Below are positions 22,334 to 33,777 of a stretch of DNA of 64,000 nucleotides, piece after piece. The translations under genes were made by a program, and so were the position numbers. Numbering within the stretch: the first letter of the stretch is position 1; each line of letters begins with the position of its first letter. A model generated the notes under the pieces. That model did not search any database. It saw only the letters and a program-made list of their open reading frames with translations, and had not been told where the DNA came from. The DNA comes from an uncultured Verrucomicrobiota bacterium (GTDB lineage: Bacteria > Verrucomicrobiota > Verrucomicrobiia > Limisphaerales > UBA1100): contig CAZTTU010000002.1 of NCBI GenBank assembly GCA_964616045.1, positions 6,392 to 70,391 of the forward strand, written 5' to 3'.

Positions 22334-23701
22334 GTGCTTAACCAGCAAACACTGGCCGGCCAATCTCACTACTGCGGCATTGGCTTGCACAGTGGCAATA
22401 AGGTCAATCTGACCTTTTTGCCTGCCCCGCCCAATACTGGTGTTCGGTTCCGGCGTGTTGATCTTGATGGTCAACCGGAAATTGATGCCGTGGTGGATAA
22501 TGTCTTCGACACTAATCGCTCCACAACGCTTTCCAAGGGCAACGTGAAGTTGCATACCGTAGAACACGTCCTTGCTGCATTTGCCGGAATAGGTGTCGAT
22601 AATGCCATCGTGGAGCTTGACGCTGGCGAGCCTCCCATTGCGGACGGCAGCTCACTTCGGTACGGTCAAATGATTGAGGAATCCGGAATTATTGCGCAGG
22701 ACGAACCGCGTGAAATCTATCAACTCGAAGCGCCCATTGAGCTGCAGAGCGGAGAAACTCACATGACTGCCTTTCCGCATGATCGCCTCAAGGTTACTTG
22801 TACGAGCGCAGGGAATAACGGTCTCTTCACACAGCTTTTCAGTGCTGAGATCAATGCTGAAATTTGGCGCAATGACATATCACGCGCACGTACATTTTGC
22901 TATTATGAGGAAATCGAACGCCTTTACAAGGGGGGTCTAATCAAGGGCGGTAGCTTGGAAAATGCTATCGTGATTCGTGATGATGCCGTGCTGACTAATG
23001 AGCCCCTGCGCTATCCAGACGAGTTTGTGCGTCACAAAATTCTAGACATCATTGGCGACCTCTCGCTCGTTGGTCAACCCATCGGCGCGCACATTGTAGC
23101 TGTGTGTCCGAGCCACTCAGCTAATTGCGAAATGGCTCGCCGTATAGTTGCGCAGAAAAGTAAACCCACACAAGTTGCGCAAACATTTGCACCTCCAAGC
23201 AAAGAGGGGCAGCAGCTCAAGGTCGCCGTTGACCCAAAAGCTGCCGAAAACATTGTTCGGGATGGGGCGCAGCTTGACGTGAGCCAGATTATGAAGGTGC
23301 TGCCGCACCGTTATCCCTTTCTGATGGTGGATCGCGTTATCAGTATTGATGGCAACCACATCATCGCGCAAAAAAACGTAAGCATCAACGAGCCCTACTT
23401 TGAAGGCCATTTCCCTAGTCACCCTATCATGCCCGGCGTGCTGCAGCTCGAGGCCATCGCGCAAGTGGCTGGAATTTTAATGCTTAAAAAAGCTGAGAAC
23501 TTTGGTAAGCTCGCTTACTTTATGGCGGCTGAGAATGTCAAATGGCGCAAGCCCGTTCTTCCTGGGGACATACTCACCATCGATGTTGAGCTTACCAAGT
23601 CGCGCGGCAAAATAGGCAAGGCTGTCGGTAAATGCCTTGTGAATGGCAAGGAGGTTAGCGAGGCACTCATCACTTTCATGTTAATCGACTCCGAGGGTTA
23701 A
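22334..23701 (+). CDS. lpxC/fabZ: Bifunctional UDP-3-O-acyl-GlcNAc deacetylase / 3-hydroxyacyl-ACP dehydratase (LpxC-FabZ fusion)
   Basis: The N-terminal half is LpxC-like (GIGLHSGNKVNLTFLPAPPNTGVRFRRVDL, TVEHVLAA, HKILDIIGDL). The C-terminal half is FabZ-like (LPHRYPFLMVDRV...NEPYFEGHFPSHPIMPGVLQLEAIAQ). GTG start. Confidence 0.9.
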   Translation: MLNQQTLAGQSHYCGIGLHSGNKVNLTFLPAPPNTGVRFRRVDLDGQPEIDAVVDNVFDTNRSTTLSKGNVKLHTVEHVLAAFAGIGVDNAIVELDAGEPPIADGSSLRYGQMIEESGIIAQDEPREIYQLEAPIELQSGETHMTAFPHDRLKVTCTSAGNNGLFTQLFSAEINAEIWRNDISRARTFCYYEEIERLYKGGLIKGGSLENAIVIRDDAVLTNEPLRYPDEFVRHKILDIIGDLSLVGQPIGAHIVAVCPSHSANCEMARRIVAQKSKPTQVAQTFAPPSKEGQQLKVAVDPKAAENIVRDGAQLDVSQIMKVLPHRYPFLMVDRVISIDGNHIIAQKNVSINEPYFEGHFPSHPIMPGVLQLEAIAQVAGILMLKKAENFGKLAYFMAAENVKWRKPVLPGDILTIDVELTKSRGKIGKAVGKCLVNGKEVSEALITFMLIDSEG

Positions 23702-24474
23702 TGAGCGAGGTCCACTCTACCGCGGTCATCGAAGAGGGCGCACAAATCGGCGCCGGTTGTTGCATTGGTCCCTACTGTGTTATCGGTGCGAATGTAAAGC
23801 TTGGCCCCGGATGCCATCTCCATTCCCACATCGTCATCGATGGCCACACCGAGCTTGGCGAGGCCAACACTTTTTACCCCTTCGCCTCTATTGGTCTCCG
23901 TACGCAGGATCTAAAATGGAAAGGTGGCAACGCGTTTACATGTATTGGTGACCACAACACCATCCGTGAATACGTCACCATCCATAGTGCTACTGACGAC
24001 GGTGGCGCCACCCGCGTCGGATCCCACAACAATCTCCTCGCCTATACCCACATTGCCCACGATTGTCAGCTGGGCGACCACATCGTCATGTCCAACGTCG
24101 CCACCTTGGGCGGTCATGTCATTGTTGAGGACCGCGCCACCATCTGCGGCCTTGCTGCTGTGCATCAATTCTGCCGTATCGGCACCATGTCCATCATTGG
24201 CGGCTGTAGCAAAGTCGTGCAGGACATCCCCCCTTACATGATGGCCGATGGCAATCCTGCAAAGACTCGTGCTTTGAACAAGGAAGGTCTCAAGCGCAAT
24301 GATATCTCTGAGAAAACACAGGCCGCCCTCAAGCAGGCTCATCGTATTCTCTTTCGTGAAAACCTCAACGTCACCAAGGGAATTGAAAAAGCCAAGGACG
24401 AAATTCCTGCTACTCCGGAACTGGATCACCTGTTTGCTTTCATCCAGTCTAGCGAGCGCGGCATCGCCAAGTAA
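23701..24474 (+). CDS. lpxA: Acyl-ACP--UDP-N-acetylglucosamine O-acyltransferase LpxA
   Basis: Left-handed beta-helix hexapeptide repeats throughout, and a C-terminal helical domain (NKEGLKRNDISEKTQAALKQAHRILFRE). The start overlaps the upstream stop (TAATG). Confidence 0.92.
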   Translation: MSEVHSTAVIEEGAQIGAGCCIGPYCVIGANVKLGPGCHLHSHIVIDGHTELGEANTFYPFASIGLRTQDLKWKGGNAFTCIGDHNTIREYVTIHSATDDGGATRVGSHNNLLAYTHIAHDCQLGDHIVMSNVATLGGHVIVEDRATICGLAAVHQFCRIGTMSIIGGCSKVVQDIPPYMMADGNPAKTRALNKEGLKRNDISEKTQAALKQAHRILFRENLNVTKGIEKAKDEIPATPELDHLFAFIQSSERGIAK

Positions 24475-24482
24475 GGAGCTCG

Positions 24483-24503
24483 AAATCCGCCGGATGGCGA
24501 TTT
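24483..24503. terminator. Small hairpin between convergent lpxA and the PHP phosphatase gene (weak terminator candidate)
   Basis: aaatccgcc-ggat-ggcgattt forms a stem of about 7-8 bp with one bulged C. There is no extended U-tract. Confidence 0.3.
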
Positions 24504-24514
24504 AACGGGGTTCT

Positions 24515-25366
24515 CTATAAATCTACCACAGTCTTTTCCCTGTCGTTGAAGCGGCAGGTTTCGATGTAGCCGGCTTCGCGGGCAAGGGTTACGGCGTCAT
24601 CTAAGTTCATGCCCACTTCACGCGTAGCGTGGGCGTCAGAGCCGAAGGTGATTTGTACGTTAGCGGACTTGGCAAGCTTAAGAAAATTAAGGGCAGGGTA
24701 AATCTCGGCGCAATCCTTGCGGAGACCGGCGGTGTTCAGTTCAATGCAGGTGCCGGTGGCTTCGCAGGCGGCGAGGAGGTCGCAGTGGAGATCTGTGCAG
24801 TCACGCGTCGGGTAGTGGCCAAATTTCTTGGGAAGATCAGGGTGGCCGATTATCTGAAACATCCCAGAGGCAGCGGCACTAGTTGCGCGTTTAAAGTAAT
24901 CGACCCAAACCTCATCAACCTCACGGTTGTCCCACTCAATTCGGCGATTTGGATTATCAAAATCCCATTTTCCAGAAATGTAGTGTACAGAGCCAATCAA
25001 ATAATCCCAGTTATGTCGTTGGGCAATTTCTTCAATCCAGTGTTCATGGCCAGGGATGTAATCAACCTCAAGTCCTAATTTGATGGGTAGGGTAGGGTGG
25101 GCCTTGCGAGCGTGCCGCACTTTAGACACGTATTCCACCAATTCTTCCGCGAGCATACGCCAGTCATCTTGATCGTCATTCTCTACCGGTGAGTGATCGC
25201 TAAAGCCAATTTCCGGCAATCCCAATTCTATCGCGCGTGCAGCGAACTCCACTGGTTCGCCCTTAGCGTGACGGCACAAAGGAGTGTGCATATGGTAATC
25301 GGCTGGCAGCGACATGGATTGACAATAGCTTCCAGCGGATTTTTGGAAAAGGGATTTGATTGACAT
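24515..25366 (-). CDS. PHP-family histidinol-phosphatase (HisJ/HisK-like)
   Basis: DYHMHTPLCRHA metal-binding N-terminus, GFSDHSP, and further His/Asp ligands (GSVHY, IIGHPD, FGSDAH). An alternative start is the ATG at 25315 (MSLPADYHMH). Confidence 0.75.
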   Translation of the reverse strand: MSIKSLFQKSAGSYCQSMSLPADYHMHTPLCRHAKGEPVEFAARAIELGLPEIGFSDHSPVENDDQDDWRMLAEELVEYVSKVRHARKAHPTLPIKLGLEVDYIPGHEHWIEEIAQRHNWDYLIGSVHYISGKWDFDNPNRRIEWDNREVDEVWVDYFKRATSAAASGMFQIIGHPDLPKKFGHYPTRDCTDLHCDLLAACEATGTCIELNTAGLRKDCAEIYPALNFLKLAKSANVQITFGSDAHATREVGMNLDDAVTLAREAGYIETCRFNDREKTVVDL

Positions 25367-25406
25367 GGAAAGAGGTGTATTTCATTCTTTTCTTGAAAAA
25401 TATTAG

Positions 25407-27442
<2,036 letters not shown>

Positions 27443-27469
27443 CAAGTTTTAGCTGCTTAAGCTGGACGC

Positions 27470-28393
27470 GTGCGATCGCTAACACTAACGTGTCAGTGCA
27501 TGTCTGAGGGCGGGGAGGCAAAATCATCAAAGGGAAAAGTATTTGCACGGCGGTTGGGCAGCAGTGTTTTTTTGTATGGCATGTTGGTGGTGGGCTTGTT
27601 TGGGCGAAATGAAACTCTCTCCCACGCTGCATTTGGAGTGTTTATTACCTTGCTCGGAGCACTTGCATTGCTTGAATATTTCAATATGGCCGACAAGGGA
27701 AGTCTCGCGCCATTTAAATCGTTGGGAATTGGGGTTGGTGTCGGATTAATTCTGGCCACATTTTGGTTATTGGCGATACGTGGAGTTAATGTCGATTTCG
27801 TAGTGGGTTTTGAGTTTTTAACTCTTCTTTGCCTTGTGCCAGCCATCGGAATTTTTCAACTGTTTGCGCCCAACAGCAAAAGTAGTATGGCTCCAATGGC
27901 TTCGACTTTGTTCGGGGTTGTTTATGTGGCGCTTCTGTTAAGCGTTATTCAGATAATCCGCTATTACAACGCGGAGGGGCATTGGTGGTTGATGTACTTT
28001 ATTGTGGTTAGCAAGATGAGCGATACTGGTGCGTACTGTGTCGGCTCGTTAATCGGAGAGCACAAGATGATTCCGCGCGTGAGTCCGGGTAAAACATGGG
28101 AAGGCTTTGTGGGTGGTGTCGCTTTTTCCGTTATGGCCAGCTGGGTGTTTTTTCAATTTGGACCAGAGTATTTCCAGAATATGGGAGTTGCTTGGGCGCT
28201 GGGGCTGGGTGTAGCACTGGGTGTTGGCTCCGTTTTGGGTGATTTAGTTGAATCATTAATGAAACGCGAAGCGGGCGTGAAGGATTCTGGAAGTTTCTTT
28301 CCTGGGATTGGGGGAATCCTCGACTTACTCGACAGCCTTTTGTTTAATGCTCCGATTATGTATATATTTCTCAGGTACGGTTTGCCGCAATGA
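27470..28393 (+). CDS. cdsA: Phosphatidate cytidylyltransferase (CdsA family) with an atypical signature
   Basis: Polytopic membrane protein in the conserved uppS-cdsA-dxr position. The C-terminal signature region is SLMKREAGVKDSGSFFPGIGGILDLLDS. The start is uncertain (GTG at 27470 or ATG at 27500). Confidence 0.8.
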   Translation: MRSLTLTCQCMSEGGEAKSSKGKVFARRLGSSVFLYGMLVVGLFGRNETLSHAAFGVFITLLGALALLEYFNMADKGSLAPFKSLGIGVGVGLILATFWLLAIRGVNVDFVVGFEFLTLLCLVPAIGIFQLFAPNSKSSMAPMASTLFGVVYVALLLSVIQIIRYYNAEGHWWLMYFIVVSKMSDTGAYCVGSLIGEHKMIPRVSPGKTWEGFVGGVAFSVMASWVFFQFGPEYFQNMGVAWALGLGVALGVGSVLGDLVESLMKREAGVKDSGSFFPGIGGILDLLDSLLFNAPIMYIFLRYGLPQ

Positions 28394-29532
28394 AAAAAGT
28401 TGTCCTCCTTGGCAGCACTGGCTCCATCGGCACCAGCACATGCAAGGTAGTTGATGATATCCCGGAGGCTGTCGAACTTATCGGCCTTGCAGCCGGACGG
28501 AATGTGACGCTGCTGCGCAAGCAGATTTCTAAATATCACCCTATTGCAATTTCGATTACTGATCCCTCTGCTGCCAGGGAATTGGTTAATGACTGTTCTG
28601 GTATAACAAAAGTGCATTGTGGGGAGGAGGGGCTGATCAAGCTCGCTACTTTGCCGGAGGCGGATATCGTGCTCATTGCCATTGTGGGCATAGCTGGATT
28701 ATTGCCGGCCTTAGCAGCTATTCGAGCAGGTAAGGATATCGCTGTGGCTTCGAAAGAAATCCTTGTCATGGCGGGCGAAATCGTAATGAGCGAGGCCCGC
28801 AAGTATGGTGTGAGAGTGTTGGCTGTGGACAGCGAACACTCCGCAATTTTTCAGTGTCTCGAGGGTCGGACTGTTGATAGCGTTCGCCGGATTTGGCTGA
28901 CGGCCTCCGGCGGACCATTCCGCGAGAAGCCGGCCGAAGAATTTCCAAGCATTACTGTTGACCAGGCGCTCAAACATCCGTCATGGACAATGGGCCGAAA
29001 GATAACGATTGATTCCGCGACCCTTTTCAACAAAGGCCTTGAGATGATCGAGGCGAGATGGTTATTTGAAATTGAGATGCCGCGTATACGGGTGGTGGTT
29101 CACCCACAGAGCGTGATCCACTCCATGGTGGAGTTTGTTGATGGCTCAATGCTCGCGCAACTCTCAGCACCGGATATGTGCCTGCCGATTCAGTACGCTT
29201 TGACTTATCCAGAACGTATTCCGAGTGATCGGGTGCAAACCAACTTGACTGACCTCGGTGGATTAGATTTTGAGGAGCCGGACGAGGGGCGCTTCGCTTC
29301 ATTGGAACTTGCTCGTCGTGCTGGAGAAATTGGTGGAACATTGCCTGCAGTCCTTAATGCCGCAAATGAGACGGCTGTGGAATCTTTTTGCAATGGGGAA
29401 ATATCATTCACTAACATTGCCGAGACAGTTGCTCTTGTTATGGATTCGCATCAGGTTGTCAAAAACCCCACGCTGGAGGAAATATTCGCTGCTGATGCTT
29501 GGGCGCGAACGTCCGCATTGACCTCTGCGTGA
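28390..29532 (+). CDS. dxr: 1-deoxy-D-xylulose 5-phosphate reductoisomerase
   Basis: VVLLGSTGSIGTST NADPH motif, LAVDSEHSAIFQC, and LTASGGPFR. Confidence 0.95.
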   Translation: MKKVVLLGSTGSIGTSTCKVVDDIPEAVELIGLAAGRNVTLLRKQISKYHPIAISITDPSAARELVNDCSGITKVHCGEEGLIKLATLPEADIVLIAIVGIAGLLPALAAIRAGKDIAVASKEILVMAGEIVMSEARKYGVRVLAVDSEHSAIFQCLEGRTVDSVRRIWLTASGGPFREKPAEEFPSITVDQALKHPSWTMGRKITIDSATLFNKGLEMIEARWLFEIEMPRIRVVVHPQSVIHSMVEFVDGSMLAQLSAPDMCLPIQYALTYPERIPSDRVQTNLTDLGGLDFEEPDEGRFASLELARRAGEIGGTLPAVLNAANETAVESFCNGEISFTNIAETVALVMDSHQVVKNPTLEEIFAADAWARTSALTSA

Positions 29533-29588
29533 TTGCGCATTGCGTATAACCTTCAAAGCTGATAGGGTGCTGCCTTTGGTCCTTTGGC

Positions 29589-31358
29589 ATGCTTGAAATC
29601 CTGAATATCCTTTATGTTGTTGGTGTGGTTTTGCTCCTTTTCGGGGCAGCAATTTTTGTACATGAATTCGGCCACTTCTGGGTGGCTCTGAAGCGTGGGT
29701 TGGTGGTGGAAGAATTTGCCATAGGTTTCGGCCCAATCATCTGGAGCAGAGAGAAGGATGGCATCCTTTACACTATCCGCTGCATTCCGGCCGGAGGCTT
29801 TGTGAAGCTGCCACAAATGCTTACAAGTGAAGCCATAGAGGGTAAAGCCGGCGGCAAGGAAGAGGAGCTGAAGAGGGATGATGGTGACGAAGATTGTGAT
29901 GAGGTGCCCGCAGAACCATTGCCGCAGATATCGCCCGTTTCAAAAATTCTGGTGGCCTTTGCTGGCCCAATAATGAATGTAATATTTGCGATAGCGATTG
30001 CGATCTTGCTTTGGATTGTCGGGTTACCCAAGGAGGCTAGCGATCCGGTCGTGGGCTACGTGGGGAAGAACTCTAAGGAATACGAGCTGGGAGTTCGTCC
30101 GGGAGATAAATTCTTCTCCATTAATGACAAAAAAGTCGAAGATTTAAGTGAGGTTACTTATGCGGTGCTAGATAGTGCTAAAAAAGGTGAGCCCAGTGGC
30201 GTGGTCGTGGCTGTTATGAAGCGGGGGAAGTGGGATGTAAATGAGACTACTGGGGAGTTGGCGGTGGAATGGGGGGACCCAATGCCTCCTATAGAACTGC
30301 CCGCTGCGATTTGGGGGGGAGAGGGTTATTATCGGCTTAATTTTGTAGAGTTTAAACAAAGCTGCGAGATTCTTTCGGTTACTAAACCGAGCCTGTTGGC
30401 ATCTGTTGGCTTTGAGCCTGGTGATATTATTGAAGACATTAATGGAGCCACAGTTCACGGCCACCTTCACCTCATTAACTTACTTATGGCTAATGTTGAA
30501 GAGGAAAAGATTATTTCAGTTATGCGTAATACCAACCGTATTCAATTGACATTTTCTACACCCAATCAAGCAGGGGTTAAAGTTGGCGCTGTGCCGGAGC
30601 CAACGCACGGCACTTGGGCGAAATTTCTAAGTAAATTTGGCAAGAAATTGAAGCCGTTGGAAGCCACGCCTGCCATGAAGGCGAAAATAAAAGAAAATGA
30701 TTTGATTCAGGCGATCAACGGGCAACGGATTATCAGTGAATCGCATCTTATTGGTTTGGTTCGTGCCAACGGTGATAAAGAGCTCGAGCTGGATATTATT
30801 CGGGACGGAAAAGAAAAAAAAGTTTACGCGACGCCTAAAGGCAAGCTCCTGGGCATCTTGCTGCAACAGGACCATGGATTACTTTTCAAGCCCGAACCTA
30901 GCAAGTATATCGTGCAGCAACCCGGCCCAACACCATGGGCTCAGGTGGCGGAGGTCCTCGATAAAATAGCAATTACCTTCAAGGCGCTTGGCCGCAGGAA
31001 AGAGTCCGGCGTGGGCGTTGGGGATTTAAGTGGGCCGATTGGGATTTTTGGAATGTTATCCATCATGGCGAACACCGACCTCCGTTTGGCACTGAGTTTC
31101 TTGGTGCTACTCAACATCAATCTCGCAATACTTAACCTGCTTCCAGTGCCGGTGTTAGACGGAGGTCATATACTCTTGTCCCTCATTGAGTGGGTGCGGA
31201 AAAAGCCCGTGAGTGTACGGTTGCAGGAATATGCTACCACTGCTTTTGCAGCAGTTTTACTTTGCTTCTTCCTGTATGTTACCTTGAACGATGTGGGGAG
31301 AGTGCCGCTATTGCATCACATCTTTAAGCGCGATACGCAGGTTGAGTCCGGCAAATAA
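29589..31358 (+). CDS. rseP: Site-2 (RIP) zinc metalloprotease RseP, M50 family, extended form (589 aa)
   Basis: HEFGHFWVA (HExxH) in TM1 and NLLPVPVLDGGHIL near the C-terminus. The long periplasmic region carries PDZ-like segments and an acidic insert (EELKRDDGDEDCDEV). Confidence 0.85.
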   Translation: MLEILNILYVVGVVLLLFGAAIFVHEFGHFWVALKRGLVVEEFAIGFGPIIWSREKDGILYTIRCIPAGGFVKLPQMLTSEAIEGKAGGKEEELKRDDGDEDCDEVPAEPLPQISPVSKILVAFAGPIMNVIFAIAIAILLWIVGLPKEASDPVVGYVGKNSKEYELGVRPGDKFFSINDKKVEDLSEVTYAVLDSAKKGEPSGVVVAVMKRGKWDVNETTGELAVEWGDPMPPIELPAAIWGGEGYYRLNFVEFKQSCEILSVTKPSLLASVGFEPGDIIEDINGATVHGHLHLINLLMANVEEEKIISVMRNTNRIQLTFSTPNQAGVKVGAVPEPTHGTWAKFLSKFGKKLKPLEATPAMKAKIKENDLIQAINGQRIISESHLIGLVRANGDKELELDIIRDGKEKKVYATPKGKLLGILLQQDHGLLFKPEPSKYIVQQPGPTPWAQVAEVLDKIAITFKALGRRKESGVGVGDLSGPIGIFGMLSIMANTDLRLALSFLVLLNINLAILNLLPVPVLDGGHILLSLIEWVRKKPVSVRLQEYATTAFAAVLLCFFLYVTLNDVGRVPLLHHIFKRDTQVESGK

Positions 31359-33184
31359 TGAGATACTGCGCCTCGCCCTATCGTTATGTGCGCCGGGAAG
31401 CGCGTCCGGTAATTATCGGCGATCCTGAAAATGGTGGAGTCGTAGTAGGTGCATGCGGTCCTGTCATTCAGCAGTCCATGCTCACCAGTAGCACGCTTGA
31501 TACCCAAGCCTGTGTCGAAGAGGCTATGGCGCTAATGGATGCGGGGTGTCGGATTATTCGCATCACAACACCAACCAAAAAGCACGCTGCTAATCTCGAA
31601 AATATTTCAGCGGGTATTCGCGCTCGCGGTTCAAATGTGCCGCTGGTGGCTGATGTTCATTTCAAGCCCGATGCTGCGATGGAGGCCGTGAAATGGTGTG
31701 AGATGGTGCGCATAAATCCTGGCAACTATGCCGACTCAAAAAAATTTGCCGTTCGCGAATATACCGACGAGCAATATGCTGCGGAGCTAGAGCGGATTGA
31801 AGAGCAGTTTGCGCCACTCGTGGAGGAATGTAAATTGCGCGTGCGCGCTCTTCGTATCGGCGTTAATCACGGCTCACTCAGTGATCGCATTATGAACCGC
31901 TTTGGTGATACGCCATTGGGCATGGTGGAAAGCGCCCTGGAATTTGCGCGCATTGCGCGCAGCCTCGATTTCCATAATTTTAAATTTTCTATGAAATCTA
32001 GCAATCCTAAGGTGATGATTAATTGCTATCGCCTGCTGGCTGCGCGGTTAGCGGAGCTTGGATCGGACTGGAATTATCCACTACATCTTGGTGTAACTGA
32101 GGCCGGCGAAGGTGAGGATGGGCGAATTAAGAGTGCTATTGGGATAGGCTCGCTCCTTTGTGACGGCTTGGGGGATACGATCCGCGTGTCGCTAACAGAA
32201 GATTCGCCAAAGGAAATTGCTGTTTGTGACGACCTGATAGCACAAATTGGCATGCTGACAAATCCGGGGGTGAGCTTGCCGAATGTCGATTTAGCATACG
32301 ATCCATTTGAATATCAACGGCGTAATGCGCCAGAAATCGAATTGTTTAATGGTGTGAAATGTGGCGGCGAACAGACCGTCCGGGTAGTTGTGACGCAGTC
32401 GGCGTGGAATAGTACAATGTCTCAAATGAAATCGACCGATGACGTCAAGCCTGAGGCGATTTTCGAGAAGCTCAACGTGGTTGAGGTCGACCCACGAGAG
32501 GAATTTATTTTGAATTGCGATACGCAGCTCATCACGATCAGGGACGGTGTTGGGTTGCCAGTCATCACTGCCTTTCGGCTTCTAGCTGAACGCTTGAAGG
32601 CTGTTGGGGCGAGCAACCCCATCCTGTTGAAAGATTGTCTTGATGTTGGTGAAATTTCAAAACAACCTAAAATCACGCTGTTGCGCACCTCGGTTGTGTT
32701 AGGAGCACTCTTATGCGACGGCATTGGAGACGCAATTCTTGTGCGTGGTGAGAGTGACGCGCGACAATCATTGCGATTGGCTTACAATGTATTACAAGCT
32801 GCTGGATGTCGGTCGTTCAAGGCGGATTATGTGGCGTGCCCCAGTTGTGGGCGTACGTTGTTTAATTTGCAGGAAATCACAGCACGGATAAAGGCGCGCA
32901 CAAAGCACCTTAAAGGTGTCAGAATTGCCATCATGGGCTGCATCGTAAATGGGCCTGGTGAAATGGCTGATGCCGATTTTGGCTATGTGGGTGGCGCGCC
33001 CAATAAGATCAATCTCTACGTCGGGAAGAAGCCCGTGCGATATAATATTCCGGAAAAGGAGGCAGTAGAGTGCCTAGTCGGCCTTATTAAGGAGCATAAT
33101 AAGTGGGTGGAGCCTCAGTCTGTGGTGGTCAGCCCTTATTCGCCTAAGGCTGCACCTCGACCCTTGGGTAACTTATCAAACTGA
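31358..33184 (+). CDS. ispG: 4-hydroxy-3-methylbut-2-en-1-yl diphosphate synthase IspG, long form with an inserted domain
   Basis: TIM-barrel N-domain (VRINPGNYAD, GVNHGSL) and a C-terminal Fe-S domain (ACPSCGRT...GCIVNGPGE), separated by an insert of about 250 aa. 608 aa. Confidence 0.92.
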   Translation: MRYCASPYRYVRREARPVIIGDPENGGVVVGACGPVIQQSMLTSSTLDTQACVEEAMALMDAGCRIIRITTPTKKHAANLENISAGIRARGSNVPLVADVHFKPDAAMEAVKWCEMVRINPGNYADSKKFAVREYTDEQYAAELERIEEQFAPLVEECKLRVRALRIGVNHGSLSDRIMNRFGDTPLGMVESALEFARIARSLDFHNFKFSMKSSNPKVMINCYRLLAARLAELGSDWNYPLHLGVTEAGEGEDGRIKSAIGIGSLLCDGLGDTIRVSLTEDSPKEIAVCDDLIAQIGMLTNPGVSLPNVDLAYDPFEYQRRNAPEIELFNGVKCGGEQTVRVVVTQSAWNSTMSQMKSTDDVKPEAIFEKLNVVEVDPREEFILNCDTQLITIRDGVGLPVITAFRLLAERLKAVGASNPILLKDCLDVGEISKQPKITLLRTSVVLGALLCDGIGDAILVRGESDARQSLRLAYNVLQAAGCRSFKADYVACPSCGRTLFNLQEITARIKARTKHLKGVRIAIMGCIVNGPGEMADADFGYVGGAPNKINLYVGKKPVRYNIPEKEAVECLVGLIKEHNKWVEPQSVVVSPYSPKAAPRPLGNLSN

Positions 33185-33777
33185 TGAGTAAGGAATCTAT
33201 GCAGAAACTGTTTGGCTTCTTGGGCCTGGGCTCCGGTGGGTTTTAGTGTGATGATTATATCCCAATCTAGAATCGTCATCTGCTCAAGTAGTTTCCGTGT
33301 GCCATCATTAAGGCGACATTCATTCAAAGCAGGTGCCTGTCCGAGTTCATTGAGCAGTTTCATTTCAAGCGCATAAACAAGTGCGGGTCGGTTAGGGTTT
33401 GAGTCAAGATGCGATAGCAGAGATGAAAATATTGGCTGAATTCCCAGAAGTGGCGTCTCGGCTTCGGTTGTTTGTTCAATGAAATGAGTAGCATAAGCCA
33501 AAAGTTGAAGGCTTGGGATGTTCTTGCGGATTGCAGGGTGAAATTCGAGAATCTTTAATTCGCGCAAAATGTGAAGATCGGACTGGCGACTGCGCCGAAA
33601 GGAAAACTCAGCCTCAAACATTAGGTCAATTTTTCCGTGCAAGGGACTTTTCGTGCGGCGCGCACCCTTGGCCACGGTGCTCAGTCGACCGTGCTTTGCA
33701 GTGAGCCAATGGACAATCAGGCTGGTCTCGCTCAAGGGCCGAACGCGGAGGATGGTGCCTTTGGTAGATTCATGCAT
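33136..33777 (-). CDS. recO: DNA repair protein RecO
   Basis: OB-fold N-terminus GTILRVRPLSETSLIVHWLTAKHGRLSTVAKGARR. ATG at 33777 (a TTG alternative lies at 33798). The 3' end overlaps ispG. Confidence 0.8.
   Translation of the reverse strand: MHESTKGTILRVRPLSETSLIVHWLTAKHGRLSTVAKGARRTKSPLHGKIDLMFEAEFSFRRSRQSDLHILRELKILEFHPAIRKNIPSLQLLAYATHFIEQTTEAETPLLGIQPIFSSLLSHLDSNPNRPALVYALEMKLLNELGQAPALNECRLNDGTRKLLEQMTILDWDIIITLKPTGAQAQEAKQFLHRFLTHQFDKLPKGRGAALGE

Noticed and set aside
23911-24429. A 172-aa antisense ORF, and an alternative-frame ORF (23924-24241), inside lpxA
   Set aside because: They are by-products of the repetitive hexapeptide-repeat coding sequence, and the lpxA frame is unambiguous.
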